From assembly GCA_964605725.1 (NCBI GenBank), contig CAZSDQ010000002.1:5600-69599 (forward strand): a stretch of 64,000 bases of DNA. Reading direction: 5' to 3'. The notes beneath the pieces are model-generated. The model had not been told where the DNA came from and searched no databases. It was given only the letters and a program-made list of their open reading frames with translations. Shown piece by piece: positions 1 to 10,357 of this stretch (its first letter is position 1; each line of letters begins with the position of its first letter). The stretch comes from an uncultured Candidatus Saccharibacteria bacterium. GTDB taxonomy: Bacteria > Patescibacteriota > WWE3 > UBA101185 > UBA10185. The position numbers were made by a program, and so were the translations under genes.

Positions 1-231
1 TAAATATCTTGTAGCATTGGCGTCTTTTGCAAGTTTTGATAATGTGTCTTCAGCAGATCCGAAAAGAAGGTCCCCCTGAGCTACACTTCCGCTTACTTGA
101 GTAAAATCGTGTCCGGGGTTTGGTTTTGCAGCATAAACCATTTTTATAACGATTACACCAGCAAGAATTATTGAGAGGATGAGAAAGGCGGTTTTTTCAC
201 TGGTGTTTTTTCTTTTTTTTGTATTACTCAT
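1..231 (-). CDS. hypothetical membrane-anchored protein, partial (the start codon lies at 229-231 and the C-terminal end runs past position 1, off the window)
   Basis: Reverse-strand ATG at 229-231 with the reading frame open to position 1. Translates MSNTKKKKNTSEKTAFLILSIILAGVIVIK..., with one TM helix after a basic N-terminus. Confidence 0.35.
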   Translation of the reverse strand, partial: MSNTKKRKNTSEKTAFLILSIILAGVIVIKMVYAAKPNPGHDFTQVSGSVAQGDLLFGSAEDTLSKLAKDANATRYL

Positions 232-439
232 ACTATATATAGAATATATTAAGTTCCTCAAAATTTCCACATAATATTGTACTGGCAACTACACGTCCGG
301 AAAATTGTAACAGTTACTTTTTGAGTTTCTGTTTTTCATATCAATAAGGCTTTAAAACCTTATATTTTCGTGATATATAGTTCTTATCAAAGGATATTCA
401 CGCACTTTCTGCCTTTTTGCGGTAATATTAAATAAAAAA

Positions 440-2218
440 ATGGAAGATATCGTTACTCAAATAAAACAAAAGTTAGATATTGTGGATGTAATAAATAGTT
501 ATGTAAGTGTGAAAAAATCGGGAAGAAATTATAAAGCCGTTTGCCCTTTTCATAATGAAAAAACCCCATCTTTTATGGTTTCTCAGGAATTGCAGATATA
601 TAAATGTTTCGGATGTGGTGCGGCAGGAGACATGTTCAATTTTGTTCAGGCTATAGAGGGCGTTGATTTTCCAAGATCTCTAGAGATTCTTGCTGACAGG
701 GCGGGGGTGAAGATTCCAAAATCCGAAGGTTTTGATAATCAAAACCAAATTAAGAAAAAAATATTTCAAATTAATGAAATATCAACAAAATTTTACCAAT
801 ACGTTCTTCTTAATCAAAAAGCCGGAAAGAAAGCTTTAGATTATTTATTAAAAGAAAGAAAAATAAGTGAAAAATCCATCAAAGATTTTAGATTGGGTTA
901 CGCTCCCGATTCATGGGATATTCTTACCAAGTTTTTAAGATCCAAAGGTTTTAAAGATGAAGATTTAATATTATCGGGAGTTGCCGTAAAGAGAAATGTT
1001 GGTGAAGGTATTATCGATAAGTTTAGAGGGAGAGTGGTGTTCCCGTTTGTTGGAGTAGATGAAAAAATACTTGGATTTACCGGAAGAACACTTTTTAACA
1101 GAGATCCAAAATATTTAAATACTGGTGAGACCCCTGTTTTCCATAAATCTTTCTTTTTGTTCGGTCTTAATAAAAGCAGATTAAATATTAAAAAAGAGGG
1201 TGCTGTTTTTGTTGAAGGTCAGACTGATGTTATCAGTGCACATCAAAACGAAGTAGGGAATGTCATATGTGTTTCAGGAACATCCCTTACGGATAATCAA
1301 TTGGACATACTATCAAGGTATACCCAGGATATCACATTTTGTTTCGATTCCGATTTTGCCGGAATAGAGGCTTCTTACAGAGCGATTGAAATGGCTGGTG
1401 ATAAGAATTTCAACGTCAAGATTGCGGTAATCCCGGAACCTTATAAAGATCTTGATGAGCTTTTTAGAAATGACCCCGCCAGAGCTAAAAAAATATTAAA
1501 AACCCCGATTCCGGTGTATGATTTTTTCCTCGCCATTGCTCTGAAAAGAAATAATAAGGAAACTGCTCTGGGCAAGAAGGCGATCATGGAGGAGCTGGTG
1601 CCGGTTTTCTCAAAAATATCTAATCCTGTTGTTTTTGAACACTACGCTAAACAGTTAGCATCCGAGCTTGATATTTCTGAAAATACTGTTTTTAGTATGT
1701 TGGAGAAAGGGAAGTCTTCAAAAAGTGAGGAATTCCCGGAGTTTGAAGATTTTGGTCAAAAATTTCCTTTAAAGGATAGGAAAATAGAAGGTTACCTCAT
1801 ATCCTTGCTTTTAAAATCACCGGTTGAGAAAAGTAAGGAGATTATAAAAAAAATAAATAAAGAAGATTTCCTTAACGAGAATCTCTCTGAAATTTTCGAA
1901 AAACTAGAAGATTATATAAAGGACAGGAAATCAGATATTAATGTAAAAGCATTTACAAATAAATTCGAAGACGAGCAGAAGAACTTAATATCCGAACTTT
2001 ATATGTGGGATTCTGAAGAAGACACAGAAAACAACGAATTCCCTAAAAATCTGGAAAAAGAGTTAGAGGAGGTGGCCGAGAGACTTAAAAAGGACTCTAT
2101 AAGAAAGCAGTTGAAAAAATTGTCAGAAAGTATTAAAATAGCCGAGATTGAAAAGGAGGAGGACGAATTAGAGAGGCTTACTAAAAAGTTCGAAAAATTG
2201 TCAAAAAGCCTTTTATAG
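440..2218 (+). CDS. dnaG: DNA primase DnaG
   Basis: Zinc-ribbon motif CPFHNEKTPSF...CFGCG, a TOPRIM region (EGQTDVIS...DSDFAG), and the conserved dnaG-rpoD gene order. Confidence 0.9.
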   Translation: MEDIVTQIKQKLDIVDVINSYVSVKKSGRNYKAVCPFHNEKTPSFMVSQELQIYKCFGCGAAGDMFNFVQAIEGVDFPRSLEILADRAGVKIPKSEGFDNQNQIKKKIFQINEISTKFYQYVLLNQKAGKKALDYLLKERKISEKSIKDFRLGYAPDSWDILTKFLRSKGFKDEDLILSGVAVKRNVGEGIIDKFRGRVVFPFVGVDEKILGFTGRTLFNRDPKYLNTGETPVFHKSFFLFGLNKSRLNIKKEGAVFVEGQTDVISAHQNEVGNVICVSGTSLTDNQLDILSRYTQDITFCFDSDFAGIEASYRAIEMAGDKNFNVKIAVIPEPYKDLDELFRNDPARAKKILKTPIPVYDFFLAIALKRNNKETALGKKAIMEELVPVFSKISNPVVFEHYAKQLASELDISENTVFSMLEKGKSSKSEEFPEFEDFGQKFPLKDRKIEGYLISLLLKSPVEKSKEIIKKINKEDFLNENLSEIFEKLEDYIKDRKSDINVKAFTNKFEDEQKNLISELYMWDSEEDTENNEFPKNLEKELEEVAERLKKDSIRKQLKKLSESIKIAEIEKEEDELERLTKKFEKLSKSLL

Positions 2219-2296
2219 AGTATAAAATTCCTATATTAAATTCATTTACAATATTCTCTGCGTCTTAACGAGGCGCTGTTTCTATAATAAAAAATT

Positions 2297-3841
2297 ATGC
2301 CAAAAATAATAAAGAAAGAAATTTCTAAAAAGTCAGTTCCTGCTAAGGGAAATAATAAGAAAATAGTTTCAGATAAGAAGAAAACATCTGTTAAGAAGGA
2401 AGTAAAAAAACCAAAAAATTCCTCAAAAAAGGTTATTATAAAAGCATCTGTAAAAAAGCTAATCAAAACAAATGTAAATCTACCTAAAAAACCCATTCAG
2501 AAAAAAGAAGTAATTAAGGTAGTTACTAAAAACGAAAAGGAATCGAAGACGCCTGTTAAAAAAATTGAAAAAGAGGAAAAGAAGGAAAAGAAGATTCAAG
2601 AATCTGAGGCAAAAGAAAGTAGATTGAAAATAAATTCTCAGGAATTAGGTATTAAAAAACTTATTAAAAAAGGTAAGAAACAAGGGTATTTAAATCTTGA
2701 TGACCTACTAACTTTATTTCCGAACGCAGAAGAAGACATTGAAACTTTGGATTTCCTTTACGAGAAATTGATGGAATCGGGTATAGACGTTTTTGATATT
2801 GGTTCCGAAAAAGAAGCTGAAAAAGTTGCAAAGCTCGAAGAGATAGATTTATCCAAGATAAAATTAGATAAAACCACCACCTCCGATCCTGTAAGAATGT
2901 ATCTAAAAGAAATCGGAACATACGATCTTTTAACTAAAGATGAGGAAGTAGTGCTGGCTCAAAAAATTGAAACCTTGAGACTACGGGGTTTGATATCCGA
3001 ATTACAAAAATCTTTATCAAGGAAACCAACAAACAAAGAACTTGCAAGAGAGATTGAAGCTACTGAAAAAGTTGTTGAAGATATAATATCTAATTTTAAG
3101 AAATATACCGATATCGAAGGAGAAAGAGCAAAAGAAATCCTTGCGAGGGCTAACCTAAGACTAGTTGTTTCTATTGCTAAGAAGTATATGGGTAGAGGCC
3201 TTCAATTCTTGGATCTTATTCAGGAAGGTAATATCGGTTTGATGAGAGCTGTTGATAAGTTTGACTGGAGAAGAGGTTTTAAATTTTCCACGTATGCTAC
3301 TTGGTGGATTAGACAAGCTATAACAAGGGCAATAGCCGACCAAGCAAAAGTTATTCGAATTCCCGTGCATATGGTTGAGACTATCAATAAGTATAAAAAG
3401 ATTGAAAGACAGTTGGAGCAGAAATATGAAAGAGCCCCAACTCCGGAGGAAGTGGCAAAAGTTATGGGTATCGAACCTGAAAAAGCTCACGAGATCATAA
3501 AAATATCTCAAAACACTACATCTTTGGAAACTCCTGTAGGTAAGGAAGAAGACACAAGACTTAAGGAATTTATTGAAGATGAGGCTACCTTATCTCCTTT
3601 TGAGGCAGCTAGCAGGGAGCTTCTAAAAGATCATATTGGGGATGTTTTGCATACATTAAACGCACGTGAAAAAAGAGTCTTAGAGCTTAGATTTGGCTTG
3701 AAAGATGGAAGAACAAGAACTCTTGAAGAAGTTGGTAAGGAGTTCGGAGTTACACGAGAAAGAATCAGGCAGATAGAAGCCAAAGCTCTTAGAAAACTAA
3801 GACATCCTTCAAGAAGCAAAAAACTCAGAGACTACCTGTGA
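2297..3841 (+). CDS. rpoD: RNA polymerase sigma-70 factor RpoD, with a ~120-aa lysine-rich N-terminal extension
   Basis: Region 1.2/2 motifs ([35 protein letters not shown]) and region 4 ([11 protein letters not shown]...TLEEVG...[16 protein letters not shown]). Lies downstream of dnaG. Confidence 0.9.
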   Translation: MPKIIKKEISKKSVPAKGNNKKIVSDKKKTSVKKEVKKPKNSSKKVIIKASVKKLIKTNVNLPKKPIQKKEVIKVVTKNEKESKTPVKKIEKEEKKEKKIQESEAKESRLKINSQELGIKKLIKKGKKQGYLNLDDLLTLFPNAEEDIETLDFLYEKLMESGIDVFDIGSEKEAEKVAKLEEIDLSKIKLDKTTTSDPVRMYLKEIGTYDLLTKDEEVVLAQKIETLRLRGLISELQKSLSRKPTNKELAREIEATEKVVEDIISNFKKYTDIEGERAKEILARANLRLVVSIAKKYMGRGLQFLDLIQEGNIGLMRAVDKFDWRRGFKFSTYATWWIRQAITRAIADQAKVIRIPVHMVETINKYKKIERQLEQKYERAPTPEEVAKVMGIEPEKAHEIIKISQNTTSLETPVGKEEDTRLKEFIEDEATLSPFEAASRELLKDHIGDVLHTLNAREKRVLELRFGLKDGRTRTLEEVGKEFGVTRERIRQIEAKALRKLRHPSRSKKLRDYL

Positions 3842-3889
3842 TAGTGGGTGAGAAAAAGTCCCATAAAAGATGTATAATAACCTATAATT

Positions 3890-5872
3890 ATGCAAGGTAC
3901 TATCTATTTAAGCAAAATTAAAAAATTTGTTGGTCAGGAAGAAGAACCTACTGAATCTGATAATTTAAAAGAAGACGAACAAGAAGGAAATTCGTCAGAT
4001 TCAGGTGTGTATGAAGCTGAAGATCTATCCAAAGAAGATGAAAATAAAATGGTTTGGAAACCCGGGTTTCTTCAGCCTAAAGAGAAGTTGGAAGAAGAAG
4101 CAGATAAACTATCGGAATATAAAAACTACACAAAACCTCCTGTACAACCCAAACCCTCTTTTGTGGAGGAGGTGTCTGTTGAGGATAATAAAATTCAAGA
4201 AGATTTTAACAACATGCCTTCCAATTTTTCAGAACCTTTTAAAAAATACCTTATAGATTTCAAGAAAAGTGTTAAGGAGGAGGATAAAAAATCTTCAAAT
4301 CCTATATACGTTGACGAGATTGCTTCCAGGGTAGCGAAAGTCTACGAGACGGTGAGAAGAATAATTGATTGGAAAGAAGAACATCTCATCAGAAGGGCGG
4401 CAATTGAAAGAGTTCTTAAAAGAAGATTTGTTTCTAAGGTTTACGGTATAAGTATTATCCCTGATGTAAAACCTGCTGAAGCAGCAGAGCCTTTTATCTT
4501 GGAATTAATAAGAAGCGGATATTTCCCTAACGGTAAAATTGATAAAGAGAAGACTCCGGAGATTCAAAATTGCTTGGAAAAATATCTCTATATATTGAAT
4601 AACGCTGTAGTGATAAATGACGAGGAATCTAAAACAAAAAAAGAACAAAAAGCAGGAGTTAAGAAAAAAATTAATTTTTATAACTGGGTAATAGAAATTG
4701 CTGCTTGTGAGATAGAAGAGATATTGGACGCTCCTTTGAGAGAATATGCCTTGATGAATTTGATGACAGAATCTTTGATGCAAAGAATAAAAATAATTCC
4801 TGAAAATGAAATTTCCGAAGAAGATAAATATATACAAACTTATATATCTGTTCACAGGACTTTATATAATTTAGACAAACCGATTACAATTTTCCACCTG
4901 TTGAAATACAGATATCCAGAGTTTTTTACCTCATCAGAATATTTACCTGAATTTACTTCAAAAATATTTGATATTTGGAATGAGATTGAAGATTACTTGA
5001 ATTATAAAAAAGGTTCAGAATTTTTCAGAGTAGCTGAAAAATATGATGCTGCATACCTACTTATAGGTGATTCAATGAATTCCATGGAGAAGGAAGTGGA
5101 AATTATTGAGAAAAAGGTTTCTGATAAAGGAATTTTTATTCAAGCCGTTGAAAATAAATATAACGAAAGATTGGCTACTTTGAAAAAAAGATTATCTAAA
5201 CTTGCAATATTTTCTACGCTTTCAATCTTTGTTGCCGGTTTAGCTAGTTTACTGCTTTTTGAAATTCCAATTGCAAGCTGGGTTCGGGGTTATTTCAGCC
5301 CATGGTCAATAGTAGCTGATCTTGCTATACCTACCGCATTGATGTTTATCCTTGTCTGGATGATTAAGCCACCTTCAGGAAATAATTTAGAATCAGTAAA
5401 AGAAGAGGTTTCAAAAGTTGTTTACAAAGTAGATGAGTTAGATATTTACGAAGTTAAGCTTAAGAAAAAAATTAAGAAATTTCTCAATTTTATATTCGCA
5501 ATAATTTACCTAACAGGAGGCATGATATCTTTGTACGGTATATATTGGGTTTTTAAGATTGCAGATGTTCCATGGACTTCTCTGTACATAAACACCGGAA
5601 ATGTGGCTATGGTAGTTTTTTCTGCCATGGTAATAAGACAAAGATCAAGAGAGTTAACAATAGTTGAAAAGGAAAATATTATCGAATTTATTCTGGATTT
5701 CTTCTCAATACCTCTGGCAAAAATAGGTGGGTGGTTATCAGCTAAATGGAAAGAATACAACATCGTAAGTGTGTTTTTTATAGCTTTGGTTGATTTCCCC
5801 TTTTCAAGTTTTGTCGCAATGATAGAAAGCTGGAGAAATTTTATAAAAGAGAAAAGGTCAGAATTAAACTAA
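3890..5872 (+). CDS. hypothetical two-part protein: ~430-aa acidic soluble N-terminal region plus a C-terminal 5-6 TM domain
   Basis: Long ORF with consistent codon usage and hydrophobic helices in the C-terminal third. No motif I recognise. Confidence 0.5.
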   Translation: MQGTIYLSKIKKFVGQEEEPTESDNLKEDEQEGNSSDSGVYEAEDLSKEDENKMVWKPGFLQPKEKLEEEADKLSEYKNYTKPPVQPKPSFVEEVSVEDNKIQEDFNNMPSNFSEPFKKYLIDFKKSVKEEDKKSSNPIYVDEIASRVAKVYETVRRIIDWKEEHLIRRAAIERVLKRRFVSKVYGISIIPDVKPAEAAEPFILELIRSGYFPNGKIDKEKTPEIQNCLEKYLYILNNAVVINDEESKTKKEQKAGVKKKINFYNWVIEIAACEIEEILDAPLREYALMNLMTESLMQRIKIIPENEISEEDKYIQTYISVHRTLYNLDKPITIFHLLKYRYPEFFTSSEYLPEFTSKIFDIWNEIEDYLNYKKGSEFFRVAEKYDAAYLLIGDSMNSMEKEVEIIEKKVSDKGIFIQAVENKYNERLATLKKRLSKLAIFSTLSIFVAGLASLLLFEIPIASWVRGYFSPWSIVADLAIPTALMFILVWMIKPPSGNNLESVKEEVSKVVYKVDELDIYEVKLKKKIKKFLNFIFAIIYLTGGMISLYGIYWVFKIADVPWTSLYINTGNVAMVVFSAMVIRQRSRELTIVEKENIIEFILDFFSIPLAKIGGWLSAKWKEYNIVSVFFIALVDFPFSSFVAMIESWRNFIKEKRSELN

Positions 5873-5906
5873 CCCCTATCCTCAAAATTCATTTTAAATT
5901 AAGTTT

Positions 5907-6380
5907 TTAATTTAGTATGGCTATCGACAGATTAAGAACAGAGGCAAACGATACCCACAAAATATAAGGAATCAAGAGATATGAAGCTTTTCGATCTATT
6001 TTCCTAAATAGAATTATTGTATAGAGTATTGCAAACCAGAGTACGATAATCTCGATAAAAGCTAGGGGTGGGTTTTTTAACCCAAAAAATATTATTGACC
6101 ATAAAGTATTCAATAAAAGTTGCACAAAAAATACCTTGAGAGCTTTAGATCTTCCTTCGTTTTTTTCAGATAACCAAATGATAGAAACCGATATTCCCAT
6201 CATTACAAAAAGAGTCGTCCACACAGGAGCGAATACCCAGCTTGGTGGGTTTAAAGGAGATTTATTAATAGTTGTGTACCAGCCTTTTACCGCGGGCGCC
6301 GTGAATAAAGAACCAATAATTCCAGCCATTTGGCAGACTAATATGAACACAATGTATGTAATTGTTCTTTTATTTTTCAT
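5907..6380 (-). CDS. tspO: TspO/MBR family tryptophan-rich sensory protein
   Basis: 157 aa with 5 TM helices and Trp-rich motifs (PSWVFAPVWTTLFVMMG, LLLNTLWSIIFFG) typical of TspO_MBR. Confidence 0.75.
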   Translation of the reverse strand: MKNKRTITYIVFILVCQMAGIIGSLFTAPAVKGWYTTINKSPLNPPSWVFAPVWTTLFVMMGISVSIIWLSEKNEGRSKALKVFFVQLLLNTLWSIIFFGLKNPPLAFIEIIVLWFAILYTIILFRKIDRKASYLLIPYILWVSFASVLNLSIAILN

Positions 6381-6398
6381 ATCTAAATTGTATCATTT

Positions 6399-7391
6399 TT
6401 GGCTATTTTAAAAGGATGCCATATAATAAATTACATGGCTGCCTATTTAATAAAATTTTTCTTCGGGGTAATTATTTTACTTTTAGCCACGCAGTTATTT
6501 GTAAAACTTGCGGTTAAACTTTCTGAAGTTTTTAGGTTATCTCCATTAGTAATAGGTATGTTAGTGGTATCTTTTGGCACTACGTTACCCGAACTTTCAG
6601 TTTCAATCACGTCTTCAAGCTCGGGAAGTGTCGGTTTAGCCGCCGGAACCATTCTTGGTTCAACGATCGTAAATTTTATATTAGTGTTACCCGCGGCAAT
6701 TTTATTGGGAAAAGATATAAGAATTGGTACTACAAAGACCCAGAAGAATGCAATGGTGTTAATTATCGCAACGATTTTGTTTGTTTTACTACAGCAGCTG
6801 CCTATCCCACCGTTTGTTTCAGGATTAATCTTATTGTTTGGGTTGTTAATTTCAAATTATCTTGAATATAGATGGGGAGCGTTGGGAAGACTTCAGGAAG
6901 ATAAAACAGTAATAGATTTATTTAAAAAAAGAAAAATTACACCCGACCTGATTTTTGGTTTATTTTTTTCGGTTATTTGCGTTACTGTGGGTGGTCTTTT
7001 AGTAGTGAGATCCATGGAAGATTTAGCTGTTATATCAGGATATTCCACCACTGTTTTAGGTTTAACTTTAACAGGAATTGCCACCTCCCTGCCCGATATT
7101 TTTACAGCAGTGATGAGTCAGAAAAAGGACGAGGATAAGTTAACCATAGGGCATATCACAGGCGGTAGTCTGTACAATCTTTTATTTATTGGCGGAGTCA
7201 CTAACGTTTTAGGAGCTGATATGAATTTGGGTATTACTGAGACGCTTTTTTTATTCGGAACAGTATTTTTATTTCTTTTAATAATAAGATTTTATAAGGA
7301 TAAAAATATACCTAAGTGGGTAGGTCTGGTGTTACTGTTAATTTTCTTTTTGTACATATACACCACTTCTTTTTTAGGTAAAAATTTTTAA
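6399..7391 (+). CDS. Ca2+/Na+ (cation:Ca2+) antiporter, CaCA/YrbG family
   Basis: Duplicated alpha-repeat signatures GTTLPELSVSITSS and GIATSLPDIFTAVMS. About 10 TM helices. Confidence 0.75.
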   Translation: MAILKGCHIINYMAAYLIKFFFGVIILLLATQLFVKLAVKLSEVFRLSPLVIGMLVVSFGTTLPELSVSITSSSSGSVGLAAGTILGSTIVNFILVLPAAILLGKDIRIGTTKTQKNAMVLIIATILFVLLQQLPIPPFVSGLILLFGLLISNYLEYRWGALGRLQEDKTVIDLFKKRKITPDLIFGLFFSVICVTVGGLLVVRSMEDLAVISGYSTTVLGLTLTGIATSLPDIFTAVMSQKKDEDKLTIGHITGGSLYNLLFIGGVTNVLGADMNLGITETLFLFGTVFLFLLIIRFYKDKNIPKWVGLVLLLIFFLYIYTTSFLGKNF

Positions 7392-7486
7392 TTTAAATTT
7401 TACCTCGCTCTCGTTTTATGTTTCTGATACCCTGAATTTATTAATCAGGCATTGACGCAGTAATCAAAAATTAATAGACTAAGTTA

Positions 7487-10357
7487 ATGCCCAAAAACCT
7501 AAATGTTCTTTTTTCACCAAAATCTATAGCTATTGTCGGAGCTTCAAGATCACCTAAAAAGGTTGGGGCGGTAATTCTTAAAAATCTCATTGAATCAGGA
7601 TACAAGGGTTTTTTATATCCAATTAATCAGGAAGCCAAGACTATTAGCAAAATTAAATGTTATAAAAGAATTCTAGATCTTCCGGAGACACCTGATTTAG
7701 TTATTATTTCAATCCCCTCACCCTTTGTTTCCCAGATATTGAAGGAAGTGGGTGAAAAAGGTTCTAAGAATGTAGTAATTATTTCAGCAGGGTTTAAAGA
7801 AACAGGTGCGGAAGGAGAAGCACTTGAAAAAGAAATTATTTCCATTTCAAAAGATTTTGGAATAAACATTTTAGGGCCTAATTGTTTAGGTTTTGTAAAT
7901 AACGAAAATAATGTTAATGCTACATTTGGAAAAGCTAATTCCCTTAACGGTAACTTAAATTTTATAACCCAGTCGGGGGCTATTGCCACTTCGCTTTTTG
8001 ACTGGTGTAGTTCGGTAGGAATTGGTTTTTCAAATTTTGTGACTTTGGGAAATAAAGCAGATATTAATGAAAACGATGTTATGGAATATTTATTTGAAAA
8101 ATATCACGGCTCTTTAACTTCCCTGTCTTATGAAAATGATTCTAGTACTCATCCGTTGGGTTTATATCTGGAATCGATTGTTAATGGAAGGGGGTTTTTG
8201 GAAATATGTAAAAAATTTACCAAACACGAACCTGTTTTTATAATCAAGCCGGGTAAAAGCCAGGCCGCCGCAAGTGCAATGCAGTCACATACTGGTGCTA
8301 TTGCTGGGGCTGATGATGTTTTTGATTCAGCTTTAAAAGAAGCTGGGGTTATAAGATGCAATTCCTTAGAGGATTTTTTCGATTTATCAAAAGCATTTTC
8401 ATGGGCCAACTTACCTTCGGGATCTAGAGTGGCAATTATTTCTAATGCCGGAGGCCCTGCAGTTATAAGTGCTGACAGCGTTGTAGAAAATGGCTTAGAG
8501 ATGGTAGATCTCGGGGAAGAAACAAGAAAAAAATTATTAGAAGTACTTCCAAGATCTGCGAGCATTATGAATCCGGTAGATGTCTTGGGTGATGCTTTGG
8601 CCCAAAGATATGCTGATGCATCGGAGATAGTTCTTAAAAATGAAAACTGCGATGCTTTGGTAGTGCTTCTAACTCCACAAATAATGACACAGATAAAAAA
8701 GACTGCAGAGATGATTGGCGATGTTTCCAAGAAATACCAAAAACCGGTTTTATGTTCATTTATCGGAGGGTCTCTAGTTGGCGATGGTGAGAAAATTCTA
8801 AACAATATGCATATCCCATCATTTAGATTTCCCGAAAGAGCGATATACGCTTTAGGTAAAATGCGGGAGTTTAAGAAAAGACAAGAAGAAAACACATCTA
8901 CCCAGATGGATATTTATCAGGTTTTAAATTTTGATGTTATGCCTGAAAAGGTTAATAAATTGGTAAAAGAAGCTATCGATAAGAAGCAACCTGCCCTTAA
9001 CAACATTGAATCTGATATTGTGATTTCAGCAATTGGTATAAACACACCCCCAACTTTGGGTGTGGAATCCTTAGAAGATGCCAAAAAATTTGCCATTGTT
9101 CAAGGTTATCCCTTGGTTTTAAAACTCTCTTCTCCAGGACTACTACATAAGAAAAATGTGGGCGGGGTTGTTTTGAATATTAAAAATGAGGATGAACTTG
9201 AAGAGGCATGGGATATTTTGGAAAGAAAAAAACGTAGTTTATCTCCAGAAATATTAGCTACAACTAACTTTCAAGTACAGAGAGAAGTTCCTTCGGGAAC
9301 CGAGGTAATTGTGGGAGTAAAAAGTGACCCGACGTTTGGACATTTTATGCTTTTTGGAGCCGGAGGTTCATTAGCTGAGTTAATTTCTGATAAAAATATC
9401 GCGCTTCTTCCGATGGATCTTAACAAAGCCAAAAAACTTGTAGAAGGTTCGAAAATTTTTAAATCATTAAAAGATAAAGATGGAAAAACAGATTATGCCT
9501 TAGAAAAACTTTATGAACTTATGGTTAAAGTAAGCAAGGTTGTTGAGGGTGAGCCCGGAATTCAGGAGATAGAAATAAATCCTGTGATTATAAATATTAA
9601 CGATGTGTGGGCAGTAGACACAAAGGTAATTTTAAGAGAAAATAAACAGATGCCCCAGGGCCCGAAGTTTAAAACTGCAAAAGTATTAAAAGCTGAAAAC
9701 CTAACTCCAAAAATGCACTTTTTGGAATTCGAAACAGAGGAAGAATTTAAAGTAATTCCCGGACAATATTTAAGTGTAAAGGTTTCAGATTCCAGAGTAA
9801 ATTGCTACTCTGTTGCTGGTTTTAAAAATCCTAATAGATTTAATTTACTCGTAGATTCAACTCCCGGTGGTCCCGGATCAAAGTTTTTTGAAAGTTTAAA
9901 GGTTGGGGATAAGATGACGTTTTTAGGGCCTTTTGGAAATTTCACATTAAAACAAGACGAAGATGTTGAAAATATGCTTTTCTTTGCAACAGGTTGTGGT
10001 ACAGCTCCATTAAAATTTATGTTAGAAAGCGCTTTGAAGGAAGGTAAAAAAGATAGAAAAATAAAACTTTATCTTGGGGTAAATAATTATTGCGATGTTT
10101 TTTTTAAAGATTATTTTAGTGATTTGCAAAAAGAATATGAAAATTTTTCTTATGAAATTGCGGTAAATAATCCTGATCCAAAATGGGATGGCCCCACAGG
10201 TTTTATAACTGAATTGGTAAAAAAAGATTTCTCAGACGCTTCAAAATGTTCCGCTTATTTGTGCGGGAATAAATTTATGATTGAGGATGTTTCGAAAGTT
10301 TTAATAGAAAGAGGTTGCCCGGAGGAAAGGATATATTTCGAAAAATATGGTAAATAA
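7487..10357 (+). CDS. acetyl-CoA synthetase (ADP-forming), fused alpha/beta, with a C-terminal FNR-like FAD/NAD(P)-binding oxidoreductase domain
   Basis: N-terminal CoA-binding domain (SIAIVGASRSPKKVGAVILKNL, GPNCLGF), phosphohistidine loop (MQSHTGAIAG) and an ATP-grasp beta domain. The last ~250 aa carry FNR-family motifs: RVNCYSVAG (RxYS-like), GGPGSKFFESLKVGD (GGxxS..L), GCGTAPL (GxGxxP) and C-terminal CGNKFMIEDV. Confidence 0.8.
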   Translation: MPKNLNVLFSPKSIAIVGASRSPKKVGAVILKNLIESGYKGFLYPINQEAKTISKIKCYKRILDLPETPDLVIISIPSPFVSQILKEVGEKGSKNVVIISAGFKETGAEGEALEKEIISISKDFGINILGPNCLGFVNNENNVNATFGKANSLNGNLNFITQSGAIATSLFDWCSSVGIGFSNFVTLGNKADINENDVMEYLFEKYHGSLTSLSYENDSSTHPLGLYLESIVNGRGFLEICKKFTKHEPVFIIKPGKSQAAASAMQSHTGAIAGADDVFDSALKEAGVIRCNSLEDFFDLSKAFSWANLPSGSRVAIISNAGGPAVISADSVVENGLEMVDLGEETRKKLLEVLPRSASIMNPVDVLGDALAQRYADASEIVLKNENCDALVVLLTPQIMTQIKKTAEMIGDVSKKYQKPVLCSFIGGSLVGDGEKILNNMHIPSFRFPERAIYALGKMREFKKRQEENTSTQMDIYQVLNFDVMPEKVNKLVKEAIDKKQPALNNIESDIVISAIGINTPPTLGVESLEDAKKFAIVQGYPLVLKLSSPGLLHKKNVGGVVLNIKNEDELEEAWDILERKKRSLSPEILATTNFQVQREVPSGTEVIVGVKSDPTFGHFMLFGAGGSLAELISDKNIALLPMDLNKAKKLVEGSKIFKSLKDKDGKTDYALEKLYELMVKVSKVVEGEPGIQEIEINPVIININDVWAVDTKVILRENKQMPQGPKFKTAKVLKAENLTPKMHFLEFETEEEFKVIPGQYLSVKVSDSRVNCYSVAGFKNPNRFNLLVDSTPGGPGSKFFESLKVGDKMTFLGPFGNFTLKQDEDVENMLFFATGCGTAPLKFMLESALKEGKKDRKIKLYLGVNNYCDVFFKDYFSDLQKEYENFSYEIAVNNPDPKWDGPTGFITELVKKDFSDASKCSAYLCGNKFMIEDVSKVLIERGCPEERIYFEKYGK

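Noticed and set aside
2242-2496. 84-aa minus-strand ORF spanning the dnaG-rpoD junction
   Set aside because: It overlaps the rpoD start region on the opposite strand. The Phe-rich translation is typical of the antisense of a Lys-rich (AAA/AAG) coding region.
6136-6411. 91-aa plus-strand ORF overlapping tspO
   Set aside because: It is antisense to a well-supported TspO gene and has no motif or start-site support.
8149-8895. 248-aa minus-strand ORF inside the ACD gene
   Set aside because: It is antisense to a CDS with clear conserved motifs, has no RBS or start context, and its translation has no recognisable features.
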